A stretch of DNA of 64,000 nucleotides from Callorhinchus milii (GCF_018977255.1 NW_024704783.1:124001-188000), one strand, 5' to 3'. Numbered from the stretch's first letter, positions 21,449-35,720 are shown. Numbers and translations are program-made. The notes: generated from the sequence alone by a model not told the origin.

Positions 21449-23988
21449 ATGATGAGATATCACAACTTTTCAGAAAAGGTGTATAAACCAGGCACACTAT
21501 TCAAGATAATGTACATTTACTATCCTTTACTGGCTGCTATTGGTGTTCCAGGAACGTCTTCAAAAAATAAATTCAAATCATGTGTTGCACTAGAATGAAA
21601 ATATACTCAAACTATTCTGGTTTGGCAGCTATTGTCACAAATGGAGAGGGAGAATATATACTACATGGAGATTTCTCTTACTTGGTTAGTTTATTTATTT
21701 TATTTGCATTTCAGTGGGAGCCAAGTTTGATTATTTTATAGATGATGATCTTAAAATAACTGACAGAAATTCGGCTCCTAATTGAAGAAACTAAGATTAC
21801 AGTTTGTCAAATTCTAAGTATCGAAACCACTGTCTACAAATACGGACCCAGCTACCAGATCTTCTCCGTTGTGGCTTTCATATTACCATATATATTTATA
21901 TCATAGGCGGAGAGCATTCCGTGTCTGCATTGTCTCTCAGCAATCTAATAACAACTGCCCGAAATTATATTCATACAGCTTGAAGACTTTTTTCGTCAGA
22001 TAGATATATTATATTAGTATTGTCCAAGACTCAAGTCATATCGGTGCATATTCTATATATGTGAATATACATGCTTTCATCATTTTGTTGGAGATTTTTC
22101 AAGCGCGTACATTGAAATTTGTTGTGTATGTGCAATCTGTAGGCGAAACGCAGCCAAATTGAGACATCAGAGTAACTTACAAATAGCCATGAATGAATGA
22201 TGAACAGTTGTTCTGGAAATGTTTGCCAAGAGACAGGGAGAAACTCCCTTTTATTTTCCAAAGTGTCGCAGTATACTTAAACGTTTACCTGAATAGACTT
22301 TAGCTTCTGTTGTTCATGTTACATGCGGAGGAGCGAACTTCTGAGAATACAACACCTCCTAAGCATCAAGCAGCATTTTTTTTTGCAGGTCATGCAGCAA
22401 CAATGCAGAGAGGAATGTGTGTTAAACATTCAGGTCGTCAGTACAAAGCCTGACTTGAGACTGAACTGAAGCTGAATAGAAATTGGAATTTTTTTTGCCA
22501 TATGATATTTTATCCGTAGAATAGAAACAGATTATTTTATTTCTGGGTAATATATATGAGGCTGATATTATCTTGTGGTTTATATATTGGAAGCGATACA
22601 GGTGTAAATGAAATAGACCAGTTTACATCATGTCAAAATTGTTGGATTCTTTACGAAGGATTGACCTATTTGTGGAGTCCTGTATCTCAGTGGTAAGAGC
22701 ACTCGCGTTGGAAGCGAGAGACCTGAGTTCAATTCCAGGCAGAGTGTGAAACCCTGGGCAAGTTTCCTTACTCCACACGCCTAATAATAATCCTTCCAAA
22801 AACCAAAAACAATAATAAAATTGGTCATTTTTCAATCTACGACTGTTTGTGGGACATTGCTGTGCGCAATTGGCTGCCGCTTTCGCACACAAATATACAG
22901 ACAATTCACTTCACAGTTTGTTCTGTGAAGCACTTTGTGACCTCCTCCCGACGTGAAAAGCGCTACATCAAATGCAAGGATAATTATAATTATTATATTA
23001 TTATTCTGCCATGATGCTACATTTGTGTCAATACCATGCTTCTGGTTTGAATTGGGCAGCAATTGACCTATTTCTTTCTTACAGTTTAGTTAATTGCGAT
23101 CGTAATCCTACGCTCGGGGAAGGTGGGGGAAGCTTTGGTCTCTCCAGATGTATCTCTCGCTACCTTCTGTCCGCGTCAGCAGCCGATCAACTCGTTATTG
23201 TCAGCCATGTGATATTGCCTCGACTAAATTATCTTTATTTCCCAATTTGCTTCCTGGAACTCACTCCCGTATGTTCGCTCGGAACTAGTCTGCTTTGTGC
23301 AGCCAGTTACTTATCTGTGTGGCTAACAGACGTCTTCACCTTTGATCGCTTTGTAGCCATTTGCTGTCAGAAGCTCAAAAAATATTGCACCGAGAGAACA
23401 GCGGCTGTGGTGATAGGAACAGTTTGTGCATGGAGCTGCTTCGGAAAAATTCACTGGTAATTTACTGATCAACCTTGGTAAATAATTGATAATTTGCCTT
23501 GGTTCTGCAAGACAATTGAAAGCGTTTATGGTTCATGGGCCTGTGAGGTTTTTTCCTGGTCTCACACCTTACTAACCCCTTTTGTTTCCTTCGTTCTGAT
23601 TTTGATGCTCAACACCCTGACAATCAATCACATATTAGCCGCTAATAGAGACCGCAGATCTTCTCGGCCACAAAAGCACCGAAAATTTTAATGACTCACA
23701 GATGTTCAACAGGAAAAAATCCATCGTAATTCTTTTCTCTATATCCGGGAGTTTTATAATTTTGTGGACAATCATTTTATATTTTTTCTACAGAAGATTG
23801 TAAATTATTATATTTACTCCGGCTACACTGATCCAATCTATGTTCTGTATGAAACTGGATGCATGCTGCATCTTCCCAGTAGCTGCACAAACACGTCTAT
23901 TTATGCTTCGGGCCCGGCAAAATTCCGAGATGAATTGAAAAATGGAGGAAAATATCCCTTAAAATTGATACGCAAATTGTTGCAATAA
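21449..23988 (+). pseudogene. GPR139/GPR142-like class A GPCR pseudogene (G1)
   Basis: Exon 1 21449-21551 (MMRYHNFSEKVYKPGTLFKIMYIYYPLLAAIGVP) has a mutated donor (GA). Exon 2 from 23085 contains GLSRCISRYL, FTFDRFVAICCQKL, LTPFVSFVLILMLN, RKKSIVILFSISG and SCTNTSIYA, with several frameshifts and stops. Confidence 0.9.
22663..23003 (+). mobile_element. Full-length tRNA-derived SINE in the G1 intron
   Basis: Family head, core and ATT tail. Confidence 0.9.
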
Positions 23989-24574
23989 TGAGAAAATGCT
24001 GCCCCAAATCATACCTGATTAGACAAATAGTTTGTGCGTATAAGTGCATTATGCCTTTGCTTCTGTCCAAAGGGCTGTGCAGCCCCTATGCACAACTCTG
24101 CTGCCCTGTCGGCGACCAGGAACGGCACCACGTCTTGGCTTGGCCTCAATGGCTCCCTATGGATTGAGTTCTCTCGTAAAGATCCCGCCCTTGTATTGAC
24201 CCACCGATCTCTGAAACGGCATTCCCTCACACTAACAGATATGTTCCTTTCGCTCACTCGGCACTGTTCGACTCCTTCGCACCCGCTCTGGCCGACCCAC
24301 TATAATCGTTTGACGTACCAGGAAATTTGCGCAAACTCTCTGTTACTTCTTTCCCAATTACCACCAAATTGCTCCCTCTCACTCCTCAATTTAAGTTTGT
24401 TCCCTAAAGGCAGTTTGACTGTTTAGATAAATAAGCAGATTTCAGAGTAATTCAAAGTAAATGTTTTAGATCTTACACTCAAACTGTCCATTGTATGTCC
24501 ACAGCATCTGACCAGGAGCTTGATGGTCCATTCTTTGCCATCATTTCCCGAAGTTCAGTCATATTCTACCTGCT

Positions 24575-25050
24575 ATTGATCGTTTCCATCCGCACGAAAG
24601 TCACTCCACTGACTCACCATCCGCCAAAGGATCGAGTTCAAGATCCTGGTCTTCACCTTTAACGTAATCGATGGCCTTGCCCCCACCCAACTCTCTGACC
24701 TACTGACTCTGTAACAACCTGATAACTCCCTCCGTTCAGCTGTCTCCGGCCTTCTGCATGTTTCTCGCCCGACTCGCCCCATCGGTAGCCGTGCTTTCAG
24801 CCCCCATAATCTGGAAGGCCATTCCATGGTCCCTCGCTTGCTTCCTCCCTGGCCTCCTTTGAAGACGGTCTGAAATGCCTCCTCTTCGATCGTGCCTTCG
24901 GTCGCACTCCCACCTCTCTGGCTCCCTCTCCCCTACACCACACCTGGCCCATGCTCGCTTCCTGAATCCTGACAGTCCAGCAACTTGCGACGTCCTCCCG
25001 ACGTGAAAGGCGCTCTATGAATGCAATTTTGTTGTTATTGTTGTTGTGTG
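24575..25050 (+). mobile_element. L2 LINE 3' end, diverged
   Basis: CACTCCACTGACTCACCATCC..GATCGAGTTCAAGATCC.., with tail GACGTCCTCCCGACGTGAAAGGCGCTC and TTG repeats. Confidence 0.8.
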
Positions 25051-26439
25051 ATTAATGATCCCTTCAAAAATTAACAATCATACATTGTTCACTCAATTCA
25101 CCGGAAACTACTGTGTGTAAATAGCAGCCACATTACTTCCACAATATACAGTGCATTTACGTTACAATATATGTTGTGAAACGCTTTGAGGAATGTGTAA
25201 GACGTGATAAAGCTCTATATCGTGGACTCCTGCTTCCTTAATCTGCCTTATATCTAGTACGCCTCACAGTGTCTCACCCCAAAAAACGGATATCGAAGTC
25301 CGGACTTGAGGGTTGGGTGGTCATTCATTCTTACAGTGTATTTCTTATCCAGTCTTAACCTCTATTGGAAAAGGGCCCTAATCTCATATGAGGGTAGCAG
25401 CCCGTCCTCTTTTTTTCCGGAGGGCGATCTTGTTTGATGTCATTGGCTCCTCGTACGAGACTGTTTTTGGGACACTGCTATGTGTTTAAGTCCAACCTGC
25501 GCTACTTAACGGCTTCCCACCGCGACATCAAGGCTTCCCTCTGCCTCTATACAATCATTCCCATTTGGCTCCAGTTCCAGGCCAATCTGAGCTCCCGCCA
25601 TATTACTTTCACTTCCCACTTTACCATTCTCTGCTATTTCTCCACTTTGCAACGCTGTCCTCCCCCTTTGCAACTCTATCCCGTAGACCCTCAGCCTCGC
25701 CCCCTACCTTGCATCCTTCAAGACCGATTTCAAAACACTATTCTTCGATGATCCTTTTCATCACCCTGTTTCCACACCCTCCCTTCACCCTTCCCTATTC
25801 CACCCCCAAGCTCGCGTCCGAAACGGTGACTGTCCAGCGACTTGGGCTGTCCTTCCGAGGTGATAGGCGCTGAACAAGTGTAATTCTTGCGTTGTTATTT
25901 ATATAAACTTTCTCACTTTTCTCCTCCTCACTTTTCCTCACCATTTTGTTTTCCTACTTTTCTCTCCTCTCCTCTTTTCAATCTCTTTGTCACGTCCCCT
26001 CGACGTGAAAGACGCTCTATAAATGTAATTTTTATTTGTTTTATCACCCTCCCTCTTCTTTCACTGCTCTTTTCTCGAAAACCATTCTACTCTCACTGTA
26101 ACCGTAACTTGTCCCCACTCCCCATTTCAACTTTACTGACATTTTCTCATTTACAGAGAAGGACACGAAAAGACGCACACATATGCACGAACAGACTGAT
26201 ACACATATACACAGGCTTACACAACCACCAACACACACAGAAATAAACATACGCGGGCACACACACGGGCATAAATAGCGACAGACATGCAGACAGGCAA
26301 ACAAACACACACAGTTAATATCACACACGATATATATGCTTAATGTTAAGATCATACAATACAGACGTGTGATATGATCAAACATATTAAATGCTGCCCA
26401 TGCGAGAGAAGTGGGCTAATGTTAGAAAATAAAATGAGC

Positions 26440-27155
26440 TGTAATCCGTTAGCAAACAGATATCTGACTGTTTTATTCTTATTCGTTCGTTATTCTCCAA
26501 TATCCCGATGGGTCAGACCAAAGGCCGGTGCAATCAACTGATCTTATAAGAGAACAATACCACTGCAGAAATCTGAATTTCAACACTGTGTCTTTACAGC
26601 ACACAAGCTTGATTTTCATGCTTTCAGTCTTATTGTTTACAGCTTTCAATTTTCCATCTGATATCCTCAGTCTGAGTGTTTCTAGCTCTCAGTCTTCCAT
26701 CTCCCGTACCCTTGTCTCCACAACCCGGGACGGCTCCATCTCCCGTATCTTTGTCTCCGCGATCGGTGACGGCCACGTACACAAAGTTATCGGAACACTT
26801 ATACCGAAGTTCGTCCAATCATGATGCGGACATTAGATCACCTGGTCGAAATCGTGCTGGGTTCAGGTGAACACCTCATGGGGTGTACGTGCCTCACCAC
26901 ACATACACCTTGTCCTTAAGTCCCCTCTTATCTGATGCTTGTTATTTTGTAAGGCGGGATCATTAGTACATTCCTTTTAAGTGACTGGTTATTTCTTATC
27001 AGTGTCACGGGATGGTAGCAGTGCCCTCTAGTTTAAGCAACTTGCCGGCTAGCTGCTATTCGTGCGGGTTGCCTATTGTTGCTCCAGAGTGTTACTCATG
27101 ATTGCCAGTCCGGTTGTCCCCCAAACTTAACTTAAAAGTTAAACTGTTCGCAACA
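26440..27155 (-). mobile_element. Probable solo LTR (about 716 bp)
   Basis: Minus strand starts TGTTGCG and ends GATTACA. Internal ATTGG followed by TATAA, a short direct repeat (GGAGACAA..TACGGGAGATGGA x2), and AATAAA about 35 nt before the end. No matching TSD found. Confidence 0.5.
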
Positions 27156-28046
27156 TCTATTATGATTCTAACATGATACAAAAAGTGTAAATTCTAACAA
27201 TACCTTTTAATGTGTAGACACCATCATTGTTTATTGTACAAAAATCTTGTTCCTTGAAATTCTGAAAAATGTTTGCACCCAAAGCAGATTTTAAACCGTA
27301 TTGCTCAATGCCACTGTATTGGCTCTTCCTCCCCACCTCATATTCTTGAAGACTACATTTCAGAAGCACAGAAAAGCAAATCGTGAACGGCCGATGGTGT
27401 TGTTTCTCTTGGGGAAGGCTGAAATGTTAGACAAATTTACTTACTCCATCCGCCTGTTTACATGTTCACTGGTTTACTCGAAATTTGGACCCCAGTTGCT
27501 TCGGTAAAAATCCTCCCAGACAAAAAATAATAATGATAATTTGGTCACTCAATCCATGACTTTGTCGGATACTGTTTTTGAGCAGTTGACTGCTGCGTTT
27601 CGTCCAAAACTTACAAGTGAATCCACTTTACAGTATATCCTGTGAACCGCTTTGAAAGTTTTGAAGAGGAATAAGATGCTGTATCAAATGCAAGAATTAC
27701 TATTATTATCGGACCTCCATATAATTTATTTAATACACATTCTACAAATACATTTCTTGCCAATATATACAAAACAGTTATTCGGATGACGGCAATGAAC
27801 ATACTTCACAATGTTTCGTAACATGTTTGTGATGAAAAATCTCATTTGATCCTCAATCAAACATTCCAACACCACAAGTTATCAGACGTTCAATGTTAAT
27901 GGTTCACAGAGCAGGCGCTTAAACGTTGCAGATAGTTATTCTATTGGAAAGGATACAGTGCATAATTGATAAGTGCTCATAATGATGTTAGGCTTGCATG
28001 GTTGTTGAGCGTTTCGGTGTGTTGCCGGGTGAAGCCAATTTCTTTG

Positions 28047-31000
28047 TTACCTTGTTTTTATGATGTTTTTCACCATTAATTTAGCAATGACATTAAGTGG
28101 ATAATCTAAACCTTTCTTCAGTTCCTCTCTGAATTTAGTCTGCGTCAATGCATAAATACAAGAGTTGGTAAAGCAACTCAAACTTGCAAGCATGATTCCG
28201 GTTTCCTCGACGATATACCGCACGTTGGTGACAAAAGTTTCGCTAACAGTATAATTGGAAAGTTGCCATTTCAAAGAAAATATAACATTTGTTATGCGTA
28301 ACAGTATAACACTGCCTGATACGGCGAAGAGTAAAACGATGGATTTTCTGCGGTTTTCCAACTCTGGATCAATTGTTTTCCCAGGATTTCTCTGAAACCG
28401 AAGGCTCCTGCGAACTTTACTGGCCATCAGAATGTGTCGGATAATAAGAGTATTGAACAGACAAATCAGTGCCAAACCAAAGACGGAACCAATAACACGG
28501 TGAAGCCTCTCAAACGCTTTCCAGGCTGCCAAGGTATAATAGTTTGATTTGAAGACACAGTACCACGGGTTATCGTTAATTATAACATAAGGATCAAATG
28601 TAAAGTACCAGGGAATGCTCACTGAACAGCTGAAAACAGACAGAGTTACAATAACCACTGTGGCCGTTCTCTCTGTGCAATATTTCGTTTTCAACATTTG
28701 ACAACAAATGGCTACAAATCTGTCGAAAGTGAAGGCAACAGTAAACCACACAGAGCAGTGGACTGTTGTAGATATCAACACAACAGTTAAGCTACACACT
28801 GGGGTATAGAATAAGAAATTTAATGGGAAATACAGGTTTTTAATTTTGTTCAACAACACATCTACAATGATAACGAGGAGATCCGCCGTTGCCATAGCTA
28901 TCATGTAGCGAGTGATGTTCTTGGAGAGACCGCACTTTCCTCTTGATAGGATCACAATCGCCAGAAAATTAACTGCGCGAAGCAATAGCAACAGAAAGCA
29001 TCATTTAGATTAATACAGTTTTTTTTCTAAGTGTAAAGCTGTAATACATTCCACTGAGTTGCCTTTGAATTGTCTCACACATGCTCTCACACAAAATACA
29101 GTAGGTGCAATTTAGATCGAATCATATCAAGCGTAAAATGTCGTCCTCAAAATATTTGTTGATTATTGAAAAGGGAAACTGTTAATTTGCATAAAATCGT
29201 GTGATTAGAAATGTAAATGTTGGGAAGTGTTTTTGCAACAGTTACTTCAATTACTTTCGAACTCTATAAATATCACATAATATTTGCACGTGTCATTCAC
29301 GTATGACGAATATCTTCACCTTTGGTAATTCGCTAAGCGGTATCGAATCACCAAAGCATTTGGGGATAGCAAATTTGGGCATAACTTTACTTGCCTCTTC
29401 TGATTTCTTCTCACCACGAAAAGCGCAGAATCATGCTATATTCTGAAAGATTGGTCACATCTGTCAAGTGCACAGTACCTCTACTAATCTACAGCAAGTG
29501 GCGCAATACTCAAAGTGAAAGGAGTTTCTTTTACTATTCATTAATTTAGACAGCATTTTAAATATTAGATGAAATATGTAAAGCAAGAAAAGTCGAATAA
29601 CATTTCGATAAGTTTGTGTGATTATTGGCCATCCGAAGTCCCGGCAGAGTGAAATCTTGGGCAAGGTTTCTTAACCCTCACGCCTGATAATATTCCCTTA
29701 TGGAAAAAAAATAGCAAATTTCTCACTTCAATCCAAGACTGTTTTTTGGATACTGTTGTGTGCCAATGGCTGTCGCGTTTCCCTCACGAATATATCGTCA
29801 ATTCAGTTTGAAGTATATTCTGTGAAGCGCTTTGAAACGTCTAGAAAACGCAATAAGGCGCATTCTCAAAAGCAAGCATTACTATTATTCTTGTTGTAAG
29901 CTCAACTGATCATTGAATTGTATGACTGAACGCTCGGAGAGTTATATATTATTGTCCACTATTGTTAATGTGACATGCAGTCCACAGTACTCTTCTCCAT
30001 ATATAATAGAGATGTAGAAGGCCAGAAATCACCAATATCAGCAAAGAGATTTGAAATATCCGTTTTGCAAGAATTTTTTTGACAAGACGGAAGCCAACGT
30101 GTTTGGCTCTCGTCATCGTCTGACTTGCCCTAAAACTCTCTGAACCTTGGCGTCAGGTTCGACCCCCAAATATCCTGTCTCCCACGCATGCGGTCCCTCA
30201 CCAGCATCGCTTTCTTCTACTTCCGACCCATCGCCCGTCTCCGCCAACACCTCGCTCCGAAAGCTGCTGAAACTCTCGTCCATGCCATTGTCACCTCTCG
30301 GCTGGACTATTCAAATGCCCTCCTCGCCGGCCTCCCAACCACCCCCACCCCACCCCTCCACCTCCAAATATCCTTAAAATCCAGATTACACAAACCTCTG
30401 CCGCCCGCATTCTCACCCGCACCAAATTCCGCTCCCCGATCATCCCAGTCCTCCCAGACTGCACTTTCTGCCTAACCCAGAGAGGATCGATTTCAAGCTC
30501 TGAAACCCTCCGACCTCTCTGACCGTCTCTCTCCTCAAAAAAGTACCCGCTTCCTTCGATTCACCGGGTCTGACCTCCTCCTTGTACCCCGAGTCCTCCG
30601 TTTCACCCTCGGCGGCCGATCCTCCAGCTACTGCGACCCTAGGCACTGGAAATGCCTTCCTCACTCATTTCGCCTGCTCACACTCTTCCTATTTCGGGTC
30701 TCGGCTGAAGACCTTTCTTTTCGACCGCGCCTTTGGTCATCTTCCTCCCCATCCCTCTGGCTCCTCCCCGGGATCCGTTACTGTGAATGACTCTGAATCG
30801 CCGTCCGGCGTGGAGGGCGCTATATAAATCCAAGTTGTTACTTGACGTATGTGGCATTTGCCATAAAGCTTCCAATATATGGCTCAATGTAACATGTTAG
30901 CGAAACGCAGAAATAATCAACTCCTCTCCAAACAACCCAACTGGTTGAAACACCACGAATGCTCAGTAAACTGTCTCCGTGATGCGCAATCGACGTAAAT

Positions 31001-31307
31001 CTTTCGAAATCATTTGAAATCTTTCATCGCAGCCCTTTCCGTTTCTGACGCAACTTTCATGTACTTGTGCACCGGCACTGTTCTGTACATTATCGTAAAC
31101 TGACAGTCAATATATACGCTTCAGCTTTTTTCTCTATCAACTTCAATAACCTGATATGTCACTTTAGAAAATGTCTTCCGCCACCCATTGCAGTAACTTG
31201 TTGAATATTGCTGGTAAATGCGACCAAATAGACCTACCAGGAATTCCAACTACTACAAGTGTGGGGTAGTACATAGCTTCTATTGCATACAGCGTTGCGC
31301 GTTCCAT
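28047..31307 (-). CDS. Intact GPR139/GPR142-like class A GPCR (G2), 331 aa
   Basis: Exon 1 31307-31238 (70 nt, MERATLYAIEAMYYPTLVVVGIP, G|GTAGG) plus exon 2 28972-28047 (926 nt) gives 996 nt open. Seven hydrophobic segments, with GxPVN, MATADLL, FTFDRFVAIC, RRKSIVLLF and CFTNSCIYA. AATAAA at 27725-27730. Confidence 0.92.
30130..30842 (+). mobile_element. L2 LINE 3' fragment (different subfamily) in the G2 intron
   Basis: PIARLRQHLAPKAAETLVHAIVTSRLDYSNALLAGLP, with an L2-type tail. Confidence 0.85.
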
Positions 31308-32124
31308 GATCAGTTTAACACATTTTTGCTGAAGGCAGAGTCTTCAATGATCATATTGAAATCAATTTGTACTTATAGGGAGCGTGAATCTACATCTTGC
31401 GTAATGAATACTATTAGTTCCAGACGAGTGAACAAACAAGATACCGTATTCACTTGAGAGTTACATAAGTTGTACCCGTTCTAAATTGGTTATTGTGTAT
31501 AGAAATACAAATACATAAAAAATACCTTAAACAAAAAACTTAGTGTAAAATATTTGCAGAAAAAGATGAAGCACATTACTCGAAATATTTTACATTAATT
31601 ACAAGACGGACAAATATAGCAACAACAAATTCCATTTGCCTAGTGCCATTCACGGCCAAACAATGTCCCAGGGAGCTGGACAATCAGGATTTGTTGGACC
31701 TTTGCATCCATAACTTGCATCTATAAAGCGCTGTTCACGCGCGGTAGTACATGTGACTTTTTAAAATTTAAAGATTGATTGATTTCACAAACTATTACAG
31801 AGAATATTGAGACACGAGACTTTGATGCTTACCAAGGGTGTGGAGCAGGGTAAGATAAACAAGAGTGTGGTCATTGAGGAACTCATTGATCTGGACCGTG
31901 AAAGAGGTATGTGGACGGGCAAGTTCTGGTTTAAAAACAATTTGCGATCACAAAATGCCTTTTGAAGGACGGCAGTAGGGCGTCCCAAAGCGCTCAACAA
32001 TCAGGTGTCTGGGCTCATAAAACATTCTGGGAGATAGGAGTAGACGAGGCACGATTGTTGGAGGAGCTCGCAGTGCTCAATTCAGATGGTACTATGAGGA
32101 CGTGGTGAGGACGTGGCTGCGTAC

Positions 32125-34893
32125 ATCTAAAGGACATCACTTGCCCTATCCCCTTAATCCACTGGCTCTTTCCCCTCCTTTGAGCACCTCACCTTCTCCC
32201 ACCCCTCATTCTTCTCCCTTAAAATCCTCCTCTTCTACAGGCCCCCTGAAAACTCTCCCCCCTTCATCTCCGACATTTCAACACTCCTCACATCTCTTTG
32301 CATCTGCTCTGATCGCCGCATCATCCTGGTCGACTTTAACCTACACTTCTCCCCCTCCTGCTCCATCTCCACAGACTTCTCTTCCCTGCTCTCCTCACTC
32401 AACCTCTCCTTACACATCAACTCCCCCACTCACAGTCACGGCCACCCACTCGATTTGGTGATCACCCGGGGCATCAGTGTCTCAGATGTGACTATTACAC
32501 ACAAAGCCATCTCAGACCAATACTTCATCTCCTTCTACACCTCCACCCCCCTCCCCACCTCCACCAGATCCACCACCATCTTCTACCGCCCTTGAAAGAA
32601 GTTACCCCCACAATCCCTACCCGATGCCTTGGAGTCCTCTGAACTCCTCTACCTCTGGCCTTCAACCCTCACCGACCCCTCTTCTCCTCTCTCCCTCCTC
32701 CACAATACCCTCTCCTCCACACTCGATACTCTTGCCCCATCACTTCCAGCACTGTCTCCTACTCCCGCTCCTCCCCCTGGTACACCACCCACCTCCGCTC
32801 ACTGAAAAGCCAGGTGCGGGCTGCTGAACGCACCTGTGTCAAATCTGGCCTAAAGGTCCACCGACAAATCTGGCTGGACCTCCTCAAAATTTACGGTTCC
32901 ACTCTAGCCTCGGCCAAGTCGTCCTTCCACTCCATGATAATCCTGGAGGCGAAAAACAACCCCAGGCTACTATTTTCCACCACAACCGGACTCCTCCGTC
33001 CCCCACGCCACCCCGCGCAGGTCATCTCCTCCAACCTTCACTGCGAGGAGATGCTGGATTTCCTTGAATCCAAGATCAAGGGAATTCGCTTCGCGGTCAC
33101 TTCCCCTCCGACATCCACCAACGCCCCACACGCTCACTCCCACACTACGACTGCTACCCATCCTCCCTATTCACTTTTGTACCCGTTTCCCCACCCTCTG
33201 TCACCAAACTCATCCTATCCCTAAAATCAACCACCTGCTCCCTTGACCCCATCCCCACTCCAATCCTTATCTCCCAGCTCCACTTTCGTGCCCCACATAT
33301 CAACGACATCATCAACCTGTCCCTCTCCTCTGTCTCTGTCCCCATTCCCTTAAAAACTGCCACCATCACGCTCAACCTGAAAAAACCCTCCCTTGATGCG
33401 TCGCAGCTACCAAGCTACCGGCCCATATCCAACATCCCCTTTATCTCCAAGGTCCTGGAAAGAATTGTCGCCTCCCAAATGCGCTCTTTCCTTTCCACCC
33501 ATTCTCTATTCGAACCCCTTCAGTCAGGTTTCCGTGCTGCCCATAGCACAGAAACTGCCCTGGTCAAGGTCACCAATGATATCCTGACCCTCTGTGACCA
33601 GGGCTCCCTCTGCCTCCTCGTCCTCCTCGACCTATCGGCAGCATTCGATACGGTCGACCACGCTATCCTACTCCACCGCTTTTCCTCCCACCCCAACCTT
33701 CAAGGCACTGTCCTTGAGTGGTTTAGGTCGTACCTTTCTCACCGTCTTCACTTTGTCTCGACAAATGGCTTCTCCTCCACCCCCCGCACTGTCTCATGTG
33801 GTGTCCCTCAGGGCTCTGTCCTCGGACCCCTCCTGTTCACCCTCTAAACGCTCCCCCTCGGTGACATCATCCGCAGACATGGAGTTAAATTCCACATGTA
33901 TGCGGTGACACCCAACTCTACCTTTCCTCCTCTACTCTCAACTCCACGACCACCGATGTCCTGACAGCTGCCTGTCCGACATCGAGTCCTGGACGAGAGA
34001 CAACTTTCTTCAGCTCAACGTGCGAAAAACCGAGGCCCTCCTGATTGGCTCACGTCAGCGCCTCCGCACCTCAGGCGCCGACACCATCAGCATCCAAGGC
34101 TGCACTCTCCACCACTCAAAGCCATCAGGAGCCTCAGCATTCTGTTCGACCCTGAGCTGTCCTTTCTCCCTCAGATACGCACCACAACTGGCACCGCCTT
34201 CCATCACCTCCGGAACATCGCCAGACTACGGCATTACCTCACCCCTCACACTGCTGAAATCCTGGTCCACGCCTTTGTCAACTCAAGGCTGGACTATGGA
34301 AACTCTCTCCTCGCCGGCCTTCCCCGCCACCTCCCTCCACAAGCTGCAGGTCATTCAGAACTCTGCAGCTTGTGTACTGTCCCGCACCAGACACCGCGAC
34401 CACATCACTCCCACCCTCGCTCGCTTCCACTGGCTCCCCATCCCCCAGAGGATTGATTTCAATATCCTCATCCTCAACTATAAGGCCATCCACGGCCTTG
34501 CTCCCTCCTACCTCTCCGACCTACTATCCCCCTACTTGCATGCCCGTACCTTCCGTTCCTCTGGCTCTGGTCTGCTCCACATCCCCCGCCCCAACCGCCC
34601 TACCATCGTTGGCCGGGCTTTCAGCCTCTCAGCCCCTCGGCTCTGGAACTCTATTCCCCAGTGCCTTCGGCTTGCTTCCTCCCTTTCCTTCTTCAAGGCC
34701 GGTCTCAAGACCTTTTTCTTTGATCGTGCCTTCAGCTCCCCTCTCGACTCTCTACCCCCTCCTACCTCGCTCCCTTCCCTTCCCTCACCCTGACCATTTC
34801 TCCCTTGCTCGGTTCCTCACCCAACTGTGCAGCGCCTTGGGACTTCCTCCCGACGTGAAAGGCGCTCAATAAATGGAATCTTGTTGTTGTTGT
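32125..34893 (+). mobile_element. L2 LINE, about 2.8 kb, inactive
   Basis: Endonuclease remnants (IILVDFN, HGHPLDLVIT, ISDQ) and RT motifs ([47 protein letters not shown]). The YADD codons carry a 1-nt deletion and there are further stops. Intact (TTG)n tail. Confidence 0.95.
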
Positions 34894-35329
34894 CTCTCTA
34901 TGTAATAGGCATTTAGAATACGATAAAACACGAATATCGGGAATAATATATTTAAAATCCATGTCACAAGAAATTATTTGATGTATGGAGATTTTGTTAC
35001 ATAACTTCCACAATATGGCTCAACGTGATACGACAGATTCACAAATAATCAGCTCCTGTCCAACTATCCCACCGTATTGAAAAGCATAAGTCGTATGTCA
35101 ATTTTGTGGTCTATTCAAATTTGGAGAACATACAACAGAATTAGAGAAAATTATAGCACAATGGAACCAATCGGCCAATACATTCTCACCAGCTCCCAGG
35201 TGTGGTCTGCATTCAGTTTTACTACGCTGGTTAGCCTAACACTTTTCAGGCTCTATTATTTACATATTTACCTAATTTCCTCTTTAATCCAAAAATTGGC
35301 TGTGCCTCAATCACACTACTGGGCAGGGC

Positions 35330-35720
35330 ATTTGAAATCCCAACAATATTATGTGTAAATGATCACGAAAAGCTCTCTATTCCTCTCTTCTTGTGACCGT
35401 TTTATAACTTTAGCCCAAAGTCAGCGAATATCCAATGGTACAATTAATTGCTCACTGTTCATCTTTCAAAATTCATATTAGGTTACCTCCATAATGTCCC
35501 TTCTCAAGCTTCTCTGTTCCAAATAAACTGGACCTAACTTTTTCTATATTTCTTCATAACCACAGGCTTTTATCAATTGTATAATTCTTGTAAAGCTTAA
35601 TTGAACTCTCCCAAGCCTTAACGTGTTTCCCTAAAAGAGGTGGCCAAGACTGAATGTAGAACTGTATCGAGGCCTTACGTTTGGATTTGTAAAAAGGTAG
35701 AATTTTTGATGGATTTTCCT
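35330..35720 (-). mobile_element. CR1 LINE 3' fragment
   Basis: The reverse complement resembles the CR1 RT C-terminal region (QFWSP...EQRSLRRD). Confidence 0.65.
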
